A stretch of 61,648 nucleotides of DNA, the filler included, from Sphacelaria rigidula (Eukaryota), in the NCBI GenBank assembly GCA_964200075.2. It is 6 parts of 6 records of this genome, joined end to end, with 100 filler letters (N's around TTAATTAATTAA, not from the genome) between each part and the next. Parts side by side here need not be neighbours in the genome. Positions count along the whole stretch, not along the records: positions 10,294 to 20,485 come from CAXNAA020006960.1; positions 20,586 to 30,776 come from CAXNAA020006961.1; 4 more parts are not named here. One strand, given 5' to 3'. Made by a program: the position numbers and the translations under genes. Every line of letters starts with the position of its first letter. Position 1 is the stretch's first letter. The notes under the pieces are model-generated. The model had not been told where the DNA came from. It was given only the letters and a program-made list of their open reading frames with translations, and made no database searches. Of the stretch, positions 10,540-23,099 are shown in pieces.

Positions 10540-13500
10540 TGGTACGATCATCCCCTCTGCACGGAGTCGGAGTCTTTCACCCCGCACGACAATGACTGAT
10601 GATAAACTATAACTCGGCCACCATGATGACCAACGCAAGAAAAAACGCAAGGGAAGCTAAAAATGGTAACCTGGTTGCCTAGCTAACGCAGTGAATGGCG
10701 TGCTGTACAGCATTATTGCCAACCGCCACTAGCCCCTGTGCTGGGGAGGGGGATCAACGTTCAATGATACAGAAGAGATCAGGGAAAAGGTGAACCAGAA
10801 CGATGAAAAGCCCACGAACACCTGCCGCACATGAAATTCCTCCAAAATGTCATCCATGCTATGTGTGTAGTCACCATGCACGACATTCTCCGCTACCGCG
10901 CAAAAGGCCGGATACAAAAAATTTCTCACCCGGGATGCAAAAGCAGGTATTTCATTTGATTGCAGTTCAGGGGGGTATCGTACCTCGCCATGTACTATCC
11001 ATGTCCAAGGGCCGAACATCATAGGTGGGCACGTTTGAAGTTGTGGTCGAAGGCCTTCCGAAAGGAAAAACAAAACGGTATGGGAGACTTCAGCTATTGT
11101 TCGGAGAGAGGCGTAGACTGAAGAATAAGCGTCCTCGGCATATTGATTTTTGTCAGATGTGAGCACGCCCCTCGCCTCTTCCACGGTTCCGGCCTTGACT
11201 CCCGGAAATACTGTTCATCACAAGTTCCGAACACGCCCCCCGCCAATGAGCGACTACCCAAGGCACCCGTACCAAGTTCCCGTTACCCTGGTTGAAATCA
11301 CCCAGCTTGCTATGCCGACGAGTTCATATTTCGAGTACGGAAAGATTAAGCACAAGGTACGTACACCGTGGTTTCCTGTTTTCCGATAGCACCTTCAGCT
11401 AAAGTAATCGAGAGCAAACTCATACTGTACGAAATTATGTCCTTGATGGAATAGGTGTCACTTGTAGAGTTCTGCAAGCCACAGTCTACACACTGTTTCA
11501 GTTCCAACGGCGGGCCAGTCATGTTCTCGATACAACCAATGAGTGTACAGCGGCGCGAACAGCACTCATCATGTTCCCCACCTGTCCCGTATCTCCGCTG
11601 CCAACTGGACAAGCGCGTCTTCGGCCGCCTTGAACCGTTCTACCTGCGAGCAACAAGTTCAACCAAGTCTAGGTTGCACAAATGAAAATGTTTACTGTTG
11701 TGGGCAGTTCTGTGTTGCGTCATGGATTATCCGATTTTCCTCCTCCAGCAAGTGAAATATGCGGGCTCAGATACCAAAATTGCAAGGCGTGTGCAGGGAA
11801 AGATATAGATTGGTTCCTTGAGACTGATATACTTTAGGGTATAGAAATCGTCCCGAGCAAGGTGATGGGGGTCAAGACTGCCAAAATAATAAAAGGCCAC
11901 AGGGAACGCGATGAGTTGACACACGCGTGCAGGACATACCACCTTTTGTTTTGAGTAGATTTGCCGCGCGCTAAACTTTCGTGAAGATAAATTTCTCCCC
12001 CCTTGTGTTTTTTTTGTCACTCATGCAGCAGGTGTATCGTGCGGTTCCTTGGATACTCCTCTTGTGCTAACAGTAACGGCCAGCAAATACCGTCAGCCAG
12101 GAAAAGCAACGGAAAGGGCATATGAGTCAATGATACACCATGTAGCTCGAGGCTTGCAATAAAGAGCATGCTCGACACTACCGTAACACGTGCGCTCTCC
12201 TTCGCGAGTCGGCAGAGAGGTGAATGACCATCTCATGATGCGCTAGGGACGAGATGTTTGTATGTATTCCCTCCCATCCCCCATCCGTTCATCGCGGACA
12301 GAACCGCGGAACGAGATAGCAAACCGCCAGAACGTTTCTCCGAAAACACCGGCAAGCTTGTTGGCGCCATAGTCTCAGAATCATGTTCTCGGAAAGACAC
12401 GCCGAGTTTACTCCCTGAGTTTGGTGAATAGCGAATAAGTCGGTAAAGGAGCCATTTTTAGGGTGCCATGGTTGCTGCTGGTGGAGGTTGGGTAGCCCAC
12501 GCGCCAACTACGTACGGTAGTCTAGGCACTTCGCACCCGCCTGTGAAAGGTAGGCACAGCAATTCAGGTATTTAGGGAAAGTGTGACTGCGTAAGCCGAA
12601 CCTGTCGAAATTCGGTCCAAGTACGGTGAGGCAGGTTTCAGTCGAAAAGCGTTCTTCCTGTGCGCATGGTCATGTGAGGCAACAAAACGACGGTTTCACG
12701 TTTTTGTTTCGAGGAACGCGTACAGCACATACCCCCGAATAATGTGCCTCAAGAATACCGAGCGGAACAGGTGTTTTCGACGTGATTTTCCAATTTCGTG
12801 TACATGGTCGAAAATAGCACCGTTTCGGAGCGAAAATCACGAAGAGATACTTTTTCTGGAGTAGCGACGTTAAAACACGTCATCGAGGCGCATGCGTTTT
12901 GGAGCTCCCTAGAGATCACGCCGCACCCTGTAGAGGGGAAAGCAGGGGAAAATCATCTCACCTATCCAGCCGTTTCCATGCGTTGGAAGACTGCTGCAAC
13001 TAACGAGCGGTTTGCAGAGGCCTTCATTACTCCTACACGAGTAATGGATATACTGCCTCAAAAAGCAGAGCAATCGGAACAACAGGTGGTATGGTACAGT
13101 TGCCATGATTGCAGGCCTGTGTGCTTCTGGGCCACTCTCGCATCGTTGAGGCTCAGCTAGGCAGCTTCGTGAGCTGTGTGTGCTTGTCTTGCGCTCGTGT
13201 TTTGAGGGCACGCGCAACCTCATCCGCTCGGCACATGTATGCGCGGGGATGCAGTGACAACAGAGGGACAAACAACTTCAAAAACGGGAAGGCGTGGAGA
13301 GGCGTCAGCCCCCGCATGCCTAAATACTCCGTTGTATGTATTCACTGTCCAGTGTAGTTGCTAGAACTTCCACATGAAACGAAGAAGCAGTTGGAAAATA
13401 CACGTTAGTCGAGGGCAGTTGTCCAAAACGATCGCGAAGATGTCGCGAAGATGTCGGCCGCCTCGATCAGTGGACAGTAGGCGAGCGCGATCCGGTGCCA

Positions 13501-16500
13501 TTACGTAGCGGTACAATGCCATGAGAAGGGGAATGGAGTTGTAACGTGCGGTAATAGCCATATTATGCCTATTCAGAAAAGTACGACAAGCGGAAATCTG
13601 ACCAGCTTGATAAATAGTAATATGCTGTCGCCGAGCGAGCAATCGTTGGCTCCAGAATATGAAGCCTATGTGTCACGAACTGGGAACTTTTTAAGTGTTC
13701 TTTTGAATTTCGTCGATAATTTTGTTTTTGCCTCATGTCAAACCACGTGCTCGGGTGGTCGGTATAGAGTTCAACGCTCACGGGAGATGATGATCAAAAT
13801 GCATGATTTTTCTCTGCCTGCAGCGGGCTCCCCTACCCAAAGTGGGCGACCTGTTTGACTCATGGCTTGCTTCGGCCGCCCTGATGCTTTGGTAAGGTGC
13901 TGGCTCACGTTCGTATTGACGACGCTCCACCTACGCCTCCAGGACATGCACTTCGCATCATTTTGTCCAAGGTATACAGATGAATTTACACCATCCGATG
14001 CCGAGGTAGTCAGCACCAAAGCCGTTGGCGAGGACGCGATGCTGAGGAGTAGAGTGTACGCATCTCGTCAAAGTGGTTGTTTTTCCTCTCACCTCGATCC
14101 AGAAATCTATATTCTCCTCCAACAGTTGATCGGCTGCAAAGATGCGAAACGCCGACAAGGTAAACGGCCCGCCTGCTGCGTCTTGAAGAACTTCCTGGTG
14201 CGTTGGCGCCACATCAAATCCAAGGCAAAGACACAGTACATTCAAGTGTGGTGCAAGGAGATCAGTCGCACCCGCCGCTCCATAAACTGCTCCGTGCTGA
14301 CTGCGCATCAAATGCATTGGCCATGCAACTATACGTAGCACAACGCATGATGAACAACCTTCATGACAGTCTCAACGAAGACAACCACAATCACCAGCAC
14401 GACACACTCGGTGATGACTTTGTGCTTACGACAGAACGCTATTGAGGCATGCAATTTCACCACAAATGGTTGGACATTCGCAACAGGGGTGAATCGCCGA
14501 AACTTAGCCATTGTGATGCGACAATGGATTTATCATCGTTCTTATCTCACGCGAAATACAGAACTTCTCACCACCCCCATGCAACCGCCGGACTGCATGC
14601 CAATGTATCGAACACACCTGTAAAGTGGGAAGAGTTCCACTCGCCAGATAGCGCAGGACGAGTTGGTTCGGCCCCTTTCTGTCAATATCCAGCCCCGTGC
14701 ACTCCGAGGTCTTGGAACAATCCTGGTCGTGCGCGAACATATCCCACACGAACAATGGTAACACAAACGCATTAGAGACAGGGGAGCACCTCTTTCGAGA
14801 CGGAGTACCGTTCCTACTCCTAATAAGTACACCTCCAACATATGGACGATCATTACGTTTCTTGCACACCTTACACAAAATCTTTCAAATATCATATCCC
14901 ATTCCTGATTCATCGTCTGTGGTCGCAACTTACCTCCTAGTATAGCCATCGTTTTCTCGCTAGTGTCCAACGCATCAAATCATTGAATGCCACCTTCGTT
15001 TCCTTCCCGCATTCCCCCCTCTAACACGTCCCGTTCCTCCTTTTGCAGCTCGCATTCTGTCGCTTAATGAGTTATACTCTGTTGCTTTGGCACAAGGCAA
15101 TGATGTGCATCTACTTCCTCCACTCGACTACTGGTATACCTCTTCCTTCTGGCATGTCCTAGTCCATTGGGCCATGCAGATATGTTTCCATTCTCATCCT
15201 TCTCTCAACCCCCTGTCTATCGTCAGGTAGTCTTCCTCGCCTAGTTCCCGTTTTAGCGCTTCTTTTCCCGTGATTTTCATCATGTCTCTTGCTTTGTCTG
15301 TTACCCGCCACACTCATTCTCACGTCCTTTCATACTTTCTGGACTACGCTACCCCACATTTTTGCAGCCTGCCCTATCGCCAATTTCTTCCATACGGCCT
15401 TATCACCTAGGGCTGGTAATCTCTTCCTCTGCATGTTCTTCGCGCTATATTGTCAACTCAATTTTCTCGTGTCTCTCTTTGTTTCAAGTGGGTGCATCTC
15501 CAATTCTGCTCTTAATATACTCGTCGTTTTTGAACATGGAAGTATTTACTCAGCTGCTGTCATCACGTTGATCTTGCCTATGTAGCTTACGCTTTTCTAC
15601 TATTTCATTTACGTGGGCATCCCATCAACAGTTTTTCTACATCTCTACGTCAAGGTATATATTCTGGTTTACGATCGGCAGTTCCCCTTCTCCTCACTTC
15701 CGTTCGAACTCTACTGGGCTTCCCTTACGCTCTTTACATCGAGTACCGCGCCTGTGTTCATGTTGGGTGTCACTCTCTACTTCGTGGTGTATTCTAGCGC
15801 CTTCTCTATTTGCCTCTGCGATCCCTCTGGTGCTCCTGAAATCCCCACGAAATCATTCGCGAACATTAATCCCTAAGCGTATCTTCCCCCACCTTGACTC
15901 CTTGCTTCGCTGCCTTTATTGCCATTATCAGGCCATGGATAAATAGTTTGGATAAAGCGGGTGATGGCGTACATCCTTGTGCAACTCCTCGTAAAATTCA
16001 AAATATTTCAATATTTCCCCGTCTAGCATCATAGCCCTTCTCGCACGTTCTGTCATCTTCACCATTCTCCACACTTCTGCTCTGATTCCAGCTTTCCACA
16101 TATTTTTCCACAGCCCATTTCCCATACTGTGCCATACGCCTTTTGTACGTCTAGAAATAAATGGGTTGAAAATATAGTGTTGTCGGAGGGCGAACTAGAG
16201 TCGTGAACGACTGTACACCGCGAACGTGTTTCGCCACCTCAGTAGCATCCCTGCGGCTTTGTACAAATGACGAAGCGGCGTGTCGACAGGCACACCTTTG
16301 AACCATTGAAAGGCCTGCTTGAAGCTTCAACACGACAGCGGGAAGAAAAAGTGCACTCGAAGGCTTCGCCACATCAGTCGGGCGAATTTCCACACCTGGT
16401 CCGACGTGACCACGCTCATATGGTCCTCTTCGTCCTCTTCCGTGTCTGGCGCCACTGACGCGGTACTGGCTCCATCTCGTTCATCGGCGGAAGCAGTCCG

Positions 16501-17420
16501 CTTTTCCGCCAACCACTGCGATAATTGTGGGCAATCGGGCGTCAGGATCACACGAGCGCACATAAAAAAAATCAATTTCAAATCCGCCAAGAAGAGTTAT
16601 GGAACAATCCTCCGCTCGATCGGGTGTTGCAGCGTTGATCATCGACTAGCCCACCCGAAAGTTGAAACAACATACATTCTCTAGTCTCGATGCGCATGAA
16701 AAATGCTACTCTATGCTTCGCGTATAGTAGTCGATGAGGGTGCTACATGCCGACGCCGAAGCACCCGCAAGATCACGCGTTCGAGCTTGAAATCTGTACA
16801 AGCCACGCCCTGAGAAGATGCCTACGAGGGCAGGGGATATGTCTTGATCTGAAACTAGAAGGAAAATAAAAACACGTACCTCGCTCTGATTGCTCAACTT
16901 GCAGTGTGACCAGGAGTCTCAAATTCCCTGCCAACGTTAAAGGACGGAATTTTTTTAAGCGCCATAAAATGAACGAGTGGAAGCTCAACGTTGTTGGGTG
17001 CGGATCCATCAATCGACACAGGAAAAGTCGGTGAAATTCGCCAAAGCGATTTGTGTCACGTTTGGGACTGACGAAAGCATCAATTTTATAAGCATGGTTT
17101 GCTTCGGCGTTATTGGAAAGTCAACCGCTAGTCGAGGCAGAGTGGGCATGCAGCAATTCCACCATCACTTCGCAGGTTTCTGTCGGCCATCAAGTCGGAA
17201 AACAACATGAACAGCCGATAGGAACAAGTCGGGACAGCATAGGGACAGCATAGGAACAACTCGAATCGAGAAGACAGGTCTTTGCCGATACCACCAGCGC
17301 CGTACACAGTTTATATGACTCTATGCACCACGCACTGGAGGTTTGCGTACCACAACAACGTGCCATATCACGAAGGAGTGCGACCACGGAGTAGTACAGG
17401 TGAAATGCCGTGTACCGCTG
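10540..17420 (-). mobile_element. Large decayed coding region of an unclassified transposon-like element, interrupted by a LINE
   Basis: Broken minus-strand ORFs, several Cys-rich. 10540-11010 is homologous to 59255-59620 (plus) on another contig, so at least this part is repetitive. No catalytic motif identified with confidence. Confidence 0.4.
14990..16155 (-). mobile_element. Degenerate LINE reverse transcriptase fragment
   Basis: DVQKAYGTV.GNGLWKNMWKAGIR...MLDGEI..., LMFANDFVGIS (degenerate FADD), QIEKALEYTTK, QNIYLDVE; stops and frameshifts. Confidence 0.85.
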
Positions 17421-18299
17421 TTGACCTAATGCACACGGCGGGGTAAGTGTTGGGTTGGGTTTCCTCCTTCCATCAAGGAAAACAAAACAAAAATGCACAC
17501 GGCGCGAAAACTTGAAATTTTAACGGTGATTATCCCTGCGGACACGCACACAGTATGGCGGCTTCGCGTGCTATGATAGCCCATGATCATCAACTCCTGT
17601 ACGGACCAACCAAGCCCTCGACCGGGTTGTTGACATAATCCCACGGTTTAACGCACGGAGTATAGCCCAATAGCGCGCATCTGTCAGTTGGGCGCGCAGT
17701 GTCTGAAAACCAAAGTTGATGCCAACATACCCAGGGAAGTCTGCTTTTACACCATGTCGGTCGTTTGTCTAAATACGACGGGCATTCAGCTTACAGCCAC
17801 CACAGGCAATAAAGCACGTGTGCAACATGAGGTACATCGTACTCACCTGGTGCAAATCCCGACCATTTCCCGTGGGAGGTGATTGCTCAAGTTGATCGTT
17901 TCCCTCCAAGACAAGCAACTTCAGGCTGACCTGTTCTTGTAAGAGGCATAAACAGTGTTGTCAGTGTCGCGAAGACACTCCGCTAGTGTGCCTACACGTC
18001 ACGCATGCCACGAGTACGTATCGGTTCCCAGACCACGAGCGGTGATCGTTCTAGACAAAAAGGACATTCGGTTCCCATACCAAAAGGACATTCGGGGGTT
18101 CAGCACCAAAAAGGAAAAACAAATGCCGGGTACGAAGTTACTGTTCACGCACGAGACCTGGAGGCCAGACATCATGCGGCGCAATCCAAGAGGTCAAAAT
18201 AATCGGGGTGTCCCCTTGCTCGTTGAGAGTCCCTGCTTAGTACTGCAGTCTCCACGTGGCTGAGTCGCATCTTGCTCTCGCGACCTGGCTTCTCCTACA

Positions 18300-18985
18300 G
18301 GCTCTCATCTGGAGCCCCGCCAAACAACTGACACCCAATGTCTCGAGACATTTCCTAGTCTGGCGCCTCTGCCAGCCCACTCCGGTTCTTTTCGTTTGAT
18401 TACCATGCTTGTCTTCATGCCATCTCCCTCGAGTTTCCCCCGACGTGTGTTTCCAAGTTCTCATATGGGGTGTCTATCTTCTTACCACCGCTGCGTTCGT
18501 AGCCCATCAGTTGATGAGACACAACCGACTAACCGATGATTTGATCAAATCATTCCACTCAGGGAGCGCTTCGATCTGTAGGAGTAGAGCGGGTCACAGA
18601 CCTCCCCCGAATGTGCAGGTACACAACGCGAGTTCTCACCGCACCCACTTCGTGACAACATCCGATATCTAGTCCTCAAGTCGTGCAATAGGTGAGACGC
18701 AACCTGCCTTCGCAGCCTTTCTCGATTCATTTTGATTCGCTCTGGTGGTTTTGGTCTCTGCGGCCTCCTTACCGGAACCCTGGTGACTGTTCATTATTTC
18801 TCGCTTTCCCGTCAGCATGTGCGTGTGCGTGTGCGAATGTGTGTGTGTGTGCGCGCGCGGTTCTCGAGTTTCCTGCTAGCGAATGTTCCGTTCATTTCCC
18901 TTGGACACGCTTATCTTGTGACCCGGGCGGGATTCATAGCGGAATGACTTAATGCTAATGTGCGACAATCAAGCAATCCATTTAA
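18300..18985 (+). mobile_element. Degenerate LINE 3' end
   Basis: Ends in ...tgtgcgacaatcaagcaatc, the tail shared with 21333 and 30501; preceded by a QLMRHNRLTDD-type C-terminal remnant. Confidence 0.5.
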
Positions 18986-19074
18986 CAATTAGATACCTGA
19001 GTTCAGAGCATTTATACTCTACATGGCAAATGGTGAACGACGTCGTCGTTCCGAATGGGGGAGCTTCGAGACCA

Positions 19075-19957
19075 AGTTACAAGCTGGGCCAGTCGTAAAA
19101 CGTAAAACCCCTACCCACACGACGACCTCTTCAGTTTGCCGAATCAATCCAATCAATGTATATCGCTGTTAAATGCAGAACAACCCGGTGATGCACGACT
19201 CTTCGCCGCTGCTCGATTGGCGCAGTTTTGGCCATGACGTTATTATGCTGCATTGAGTAAACGGTTCGTCTCGTATCGTGGCGTTACAACGTGTCACGAG
19301 TCTTCATTTTTCTAAAACGCGGCGGGATCACGGATGAAAACTTTGACACGCACAGTCAGAAGTACACTGGGACTGCTGAAATATGGCATCAAACTCGTCA
19401 GCAGCTCCATCATGGGAGAGGGCTTCTGAGCCGATTGTCACATACAATGAGCACAGACAGGCACAAGGGTCCAACTCGGACTGGGCTGCAACGCTCTTTC
19501 TCGATCCAATCCCCGATGGTGATCGTTTTTTGTCACAGTTGGAATGCCATAGTATGGAGGGGAAAATGGCCGTGTCGGAATTTGGGCTCGTGACCTACGT
19601 AAATGGAGGCTCCTGTATCAGTTGGACCACAGGGGCGCAGGGGTGTCACACAAAACGTTCCACGCGCGGCCCAATTTGTGGAGTTTTAAGCCGAATTTTC
19701 ACCAAGATCTCTTGTGTGCTAGTAAAAAAATCGTGCTTCAGGATACGTGAATTTTTTGTTTTGTCAAGGAGCTTCGACATTTTCTAGTCTTTGCTGAAAT
19801 TTCAAATCGCTCTGAATTTTGTTTCCTCGTATCTCCAAAATATTCCGCGTCTTGATAAAAATGTCGTGTCAAAGTTTCAGCGCCTGATTCCCTGACTTAA
19901 GCCGCGCGTCATCCATCAACCGACAAGAAACTCTATTGGCTGGCCCAGCTCGTGGCT
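19075..19957. mobile_element. Non-autonomous TIR element (same family as 59080-60536)
   Basis: Imperfect TIRs agttacaagctgggccagtc / ggctggcccagctcgtggct; internal sequence aligns with 59740-60530. Confidence 0.65.
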
Positions 19958-20485
19958 CATATATGTGTCGAATCCGAAAACGATTGATGATCAAATCGGG
20001 TAGAGGGGGTTCCAAAGGGGAAAAGCGAGTATACGCCGAGCATCAGTGCGCTTTTACAAGAGGGGATTTCTTGGAGGCTTTGGCGGGTGAGCCGTGAACT
20101 TGATATCTTAGGATGTGCGTCAACAAGAAAGGACCTCGATCGTCAGGAGTGGCCAACAAAGTGCGAGGGCTCATGTTGGCGCCTACCGAACTAGCGAACA
20201 CAATCGTTGCGCTTGCAAATGAAGAAACAGTGCGACATCTGTAGAGTGGTACAGGCACCATGGGGCACATATACCGATAGACATGCCACCTTCATTTTCC
20301 CCTCGTCCATCGCTTCATAAAGAGCCCCAAGTTTATTGTACGACACCTAACAGCATAGGACACAGCGACGGAGTTAAATTTGGGCGGGAAGTACACTGCC
20401 TTATGGGGTGTACTCATGACCTTGCATGTCATAGTCGTATGACCATTGACCTCGCGTCCCTACTAAGCCGGGACGGAGCACGCCG

Positions 20486-20585
20486 NNNNNNNNNNNNNNN
20501 NNNNNNNNNNNNNNNNNNNNNNNNNNNNNTTAATTAATTAANNNNNNNNNNNNNNNNNNNNNNNNNNNNNNNNNNNNNNNNNNNN
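20486..20585. other. Artificial contig linker
   Basis: 44N-TTAATTAATTAA-44N. Confidence 0.98.
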
Positions 20586-20657
20586 CCGGGAATCGAACCC
20601 CCCAACTCAACCATCAGAAGGTTACGAGGTTACCAACTGAGCCACCGGGGCGACCGG
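20586..20657 (-). mobile_element. tRNA-derived SINE head, cut by the contig end
   Basis: Matches 4725-4790 (gaggttaccaactgagccaccggggcgaccg). Confidence 0.8.
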
Positions 20658-20814
20658 CAGGGGGGGTCTCGCAGTCTGCAGCAAAAAAACGGTTGAGCAG
20701 CACAGTCGTAGTGTACTGTTTTGCTGTGCGATCAATGTAAATTAGTACAGTTGTATCGGGGGGGATCGCAATACAAGCATAATACTGTATCATACATGTA
20801 TAACATAGTACATT

Positions 20815-21333
20815 ATTGGAGTCGAAAAGGGGGCGGAGGAGTTTGAGGACACGTGGCGACGGGCGGACAAGCGAGAATCAGACCGACGTCACAAGCGAGA
20901 GGCTGCTACGTCGAGGGCTGCCAGTCGGAAAATCCTGTCCTCTCACATCGGTTGTTGATTATGTCCTTAGTCGGTGGCTCCGCGATGCCCACTGGTGTGT
21001 GCCTGTATCTACCCTGCTGCCATGAATCCCTCAGGCCCTTTTTTTTTTTTTCCCTTTCGTTTCCTTGTTTTTTTTTTAGGTCGGCCATTTCTTTCTGTGC
21101 TTTGCTTGTGTTGACTTTTATTACTTTTTTTGTCACGACTTAGTCTGATATATCGTTCTGTTCGACCACTCTCTTTTTTTCTTTTTCTGTTCCTATTTTT
21201 TTCTGCTTCTGTTCCTTTTTTTTTACTTGGAGCGTGTTTGAGTTTCGTTTATCTTGGGTACGTCTATCATGAGACCACGGCTGGACCCCGGGGAGGTCAG
21301 TTAAAGTGCGACAACCAATCAATCAATCAATCA
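20815..21333 (+). mobile_element. 5'-truncated LINE 3' end with (ATCA)n tail
   Basis: GAEEFEDTWRRADKRE remnant, T-rich 3' UTR, ends gtgcgacaaccaatcaatcaatca. Confidence 0.7.
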
Positions 21334-21446
21334 TACTGGTATATTAGAGACAAGGTGGCAGTGAACAAGAAATGCAGTCACAGCTCGTTGTATTTACTGT
21401 ATATACAGTAAACTAGTGCGTATACATTCAACAATCAGTCGACGAA

Positions 21447-21818
21447 ATTGAGGATGAGAGCCAGGAGAATGAAAATCTTCGTATCCACAGCAAATCTTCG
21501 AAATATGGCTCCATTACTTCACCTACCGGTAGCTATTGACAACTATGACACGCCATACAAATTTGGATTGCGATTGCCGAAATGTTGGGGTCCTCAGCCA
21601 AGAAACAATTTGGGGGAAAATAGGTGATACGATCGGATCGCCGAAATTCCCCGAAATCGAGTTTTCACCCGGGACCTCAAAATTTCGGTAATCGGAATCC
21701 AATTTTTTATGGCGTATCGTAGTTTTCAATAGCTACCAGCAGGTGAAGGAATGGAACCATATTTCGAACATTTGGTGTGGATACGAAGATTTTCATTCTC
21801 CGGGTTCTCATCCTCAAT
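21447..21818. mobile_element. Fold-back MITE, family A
   Basis: attgaggatgaga...tctcatcctcaat with inverted arms >120 bp; similar to 1649-2065. Confidence 0.85.
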
Positions 21819-21890
21819 GAATGAGTCCATAATACGGCGCGGACGTTCATTACTCGGCGAAACAAGTGCACTTGTGGGTGTTTTTTCAAA

Positions 21891-22525
21891 ACACAACGAG
21901 CATGACTCGTACGCTCGCGTCGTTACTTTTTTTTGCAACGAGCAACGACTTGTGCGCTCGAGTCATGCCACTTTTTTTTACAACGAGTAATGACTCGTGC
22001 GCTCGAGTCATTCATTTTTTCTACAACGAGCAATGACTCGAGTGCTCGCCATATAAATGTACTACTCAAGAGATACTCTCCGCCGCTTAAGTAGAACTCT
22101 GATCTCTGTGTGTGTGAGGGGGGGGGGCGTACTGTGAGGGGGGGGGGGTGGGGCTTGAATAAAATAAACGAGCTTTGGAGCTTGACGTTGTACATCTGCA
22201 GTTATGCATATGAACTTGAAGCTTCTGGGTTCGAGATCGTCCAACAGCTCATTATAAATATTCGCTCGTCGGATTGCTGACTCCTTCACTCAAGTCGCTC
22301 ATCACGACCAGTGACTCATGTGCTCGAGTCATTTCCTTCTCCACAAAAAGCAATGACTCGAGCACTCGCCTCGTTATTTTTTTCCACAACGAGCAATGAC
22401 TCGAGTGCTCGCCCTATCGATCTTTCCACAATGAGCAATGACTCGAGTGCTCGCTCTACTGTTTTTTTTCACAACGAGCAATGACTTGAGTGCTCGCCCT
22501 ACTAATTTTTTCCACAGCGAGCAAT
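21891..22525. repeat. Minisatellite, ~42-45-bp units with a palindromic core
   Basis: About 10 units of caacgagcaatgactcg(a/t)g(t/c)gctcg plus T-rich linkers, in two blocks (21891-22050, 22300-22525). Confidence 0.8.
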
Positions 22526-23099
22526 CTGAAGATACTTGTATCTGCTCCACATTCCAAGGGAAAAAACCCATCTGTACTCAATACTGAGCGACTCACGGGC
22601 TGATCGCTCATCGGGCGTCCTGCCACGTTTCAGCCCAAATTCTGACTCTTCGGTATTTTCGGTCGATCGAGCCTGTCCCGATCGTATTTGCGAAGAAATT
22701 TACAGGATCGTTTTCTGAAGTTCTACCTACTTATTACAATAATAGAGCCGAATAAGTGTGTTTAACACCCTCCTGATAAACGGGAGATCTACTCGTATCG
22801 CTCGATAACACCAAGGAACACTAACTTGGGCATTGGGGGGGCATATGATCTGTTCATCTCACCTAAATCTACCGACGCCAGCACTTTCGAGTTTCATCGA
22901 AGAGTAGTCGCGAGAAGAAACCCTTCCGAACAATAAATAGTTCAGGCGCCCAGTACTATACCCTCCCCGTCAAGAGATTGACCGTTCCGGAAGGTACCCC
23001 TTCGCAGCCAGGGTCAGACGCTTCATTATTCACAGATGAATCATGGTTGTTGAAAGACAATGAAAGCAACTTTAATCGCGTGAGATGTGCGTATAAGGT

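Noticed and set aside
20043-20270. Integrase-like fragment (PRTLL...DRGPF)
   Set aside because: Too short and degenerate to support a call.
21891-22525. CRISPR array
   Set aside because: Linkers are only ~15 nt, T-rich and related to each other; repeats are degenerate; no cas genes; eukaryotic context.
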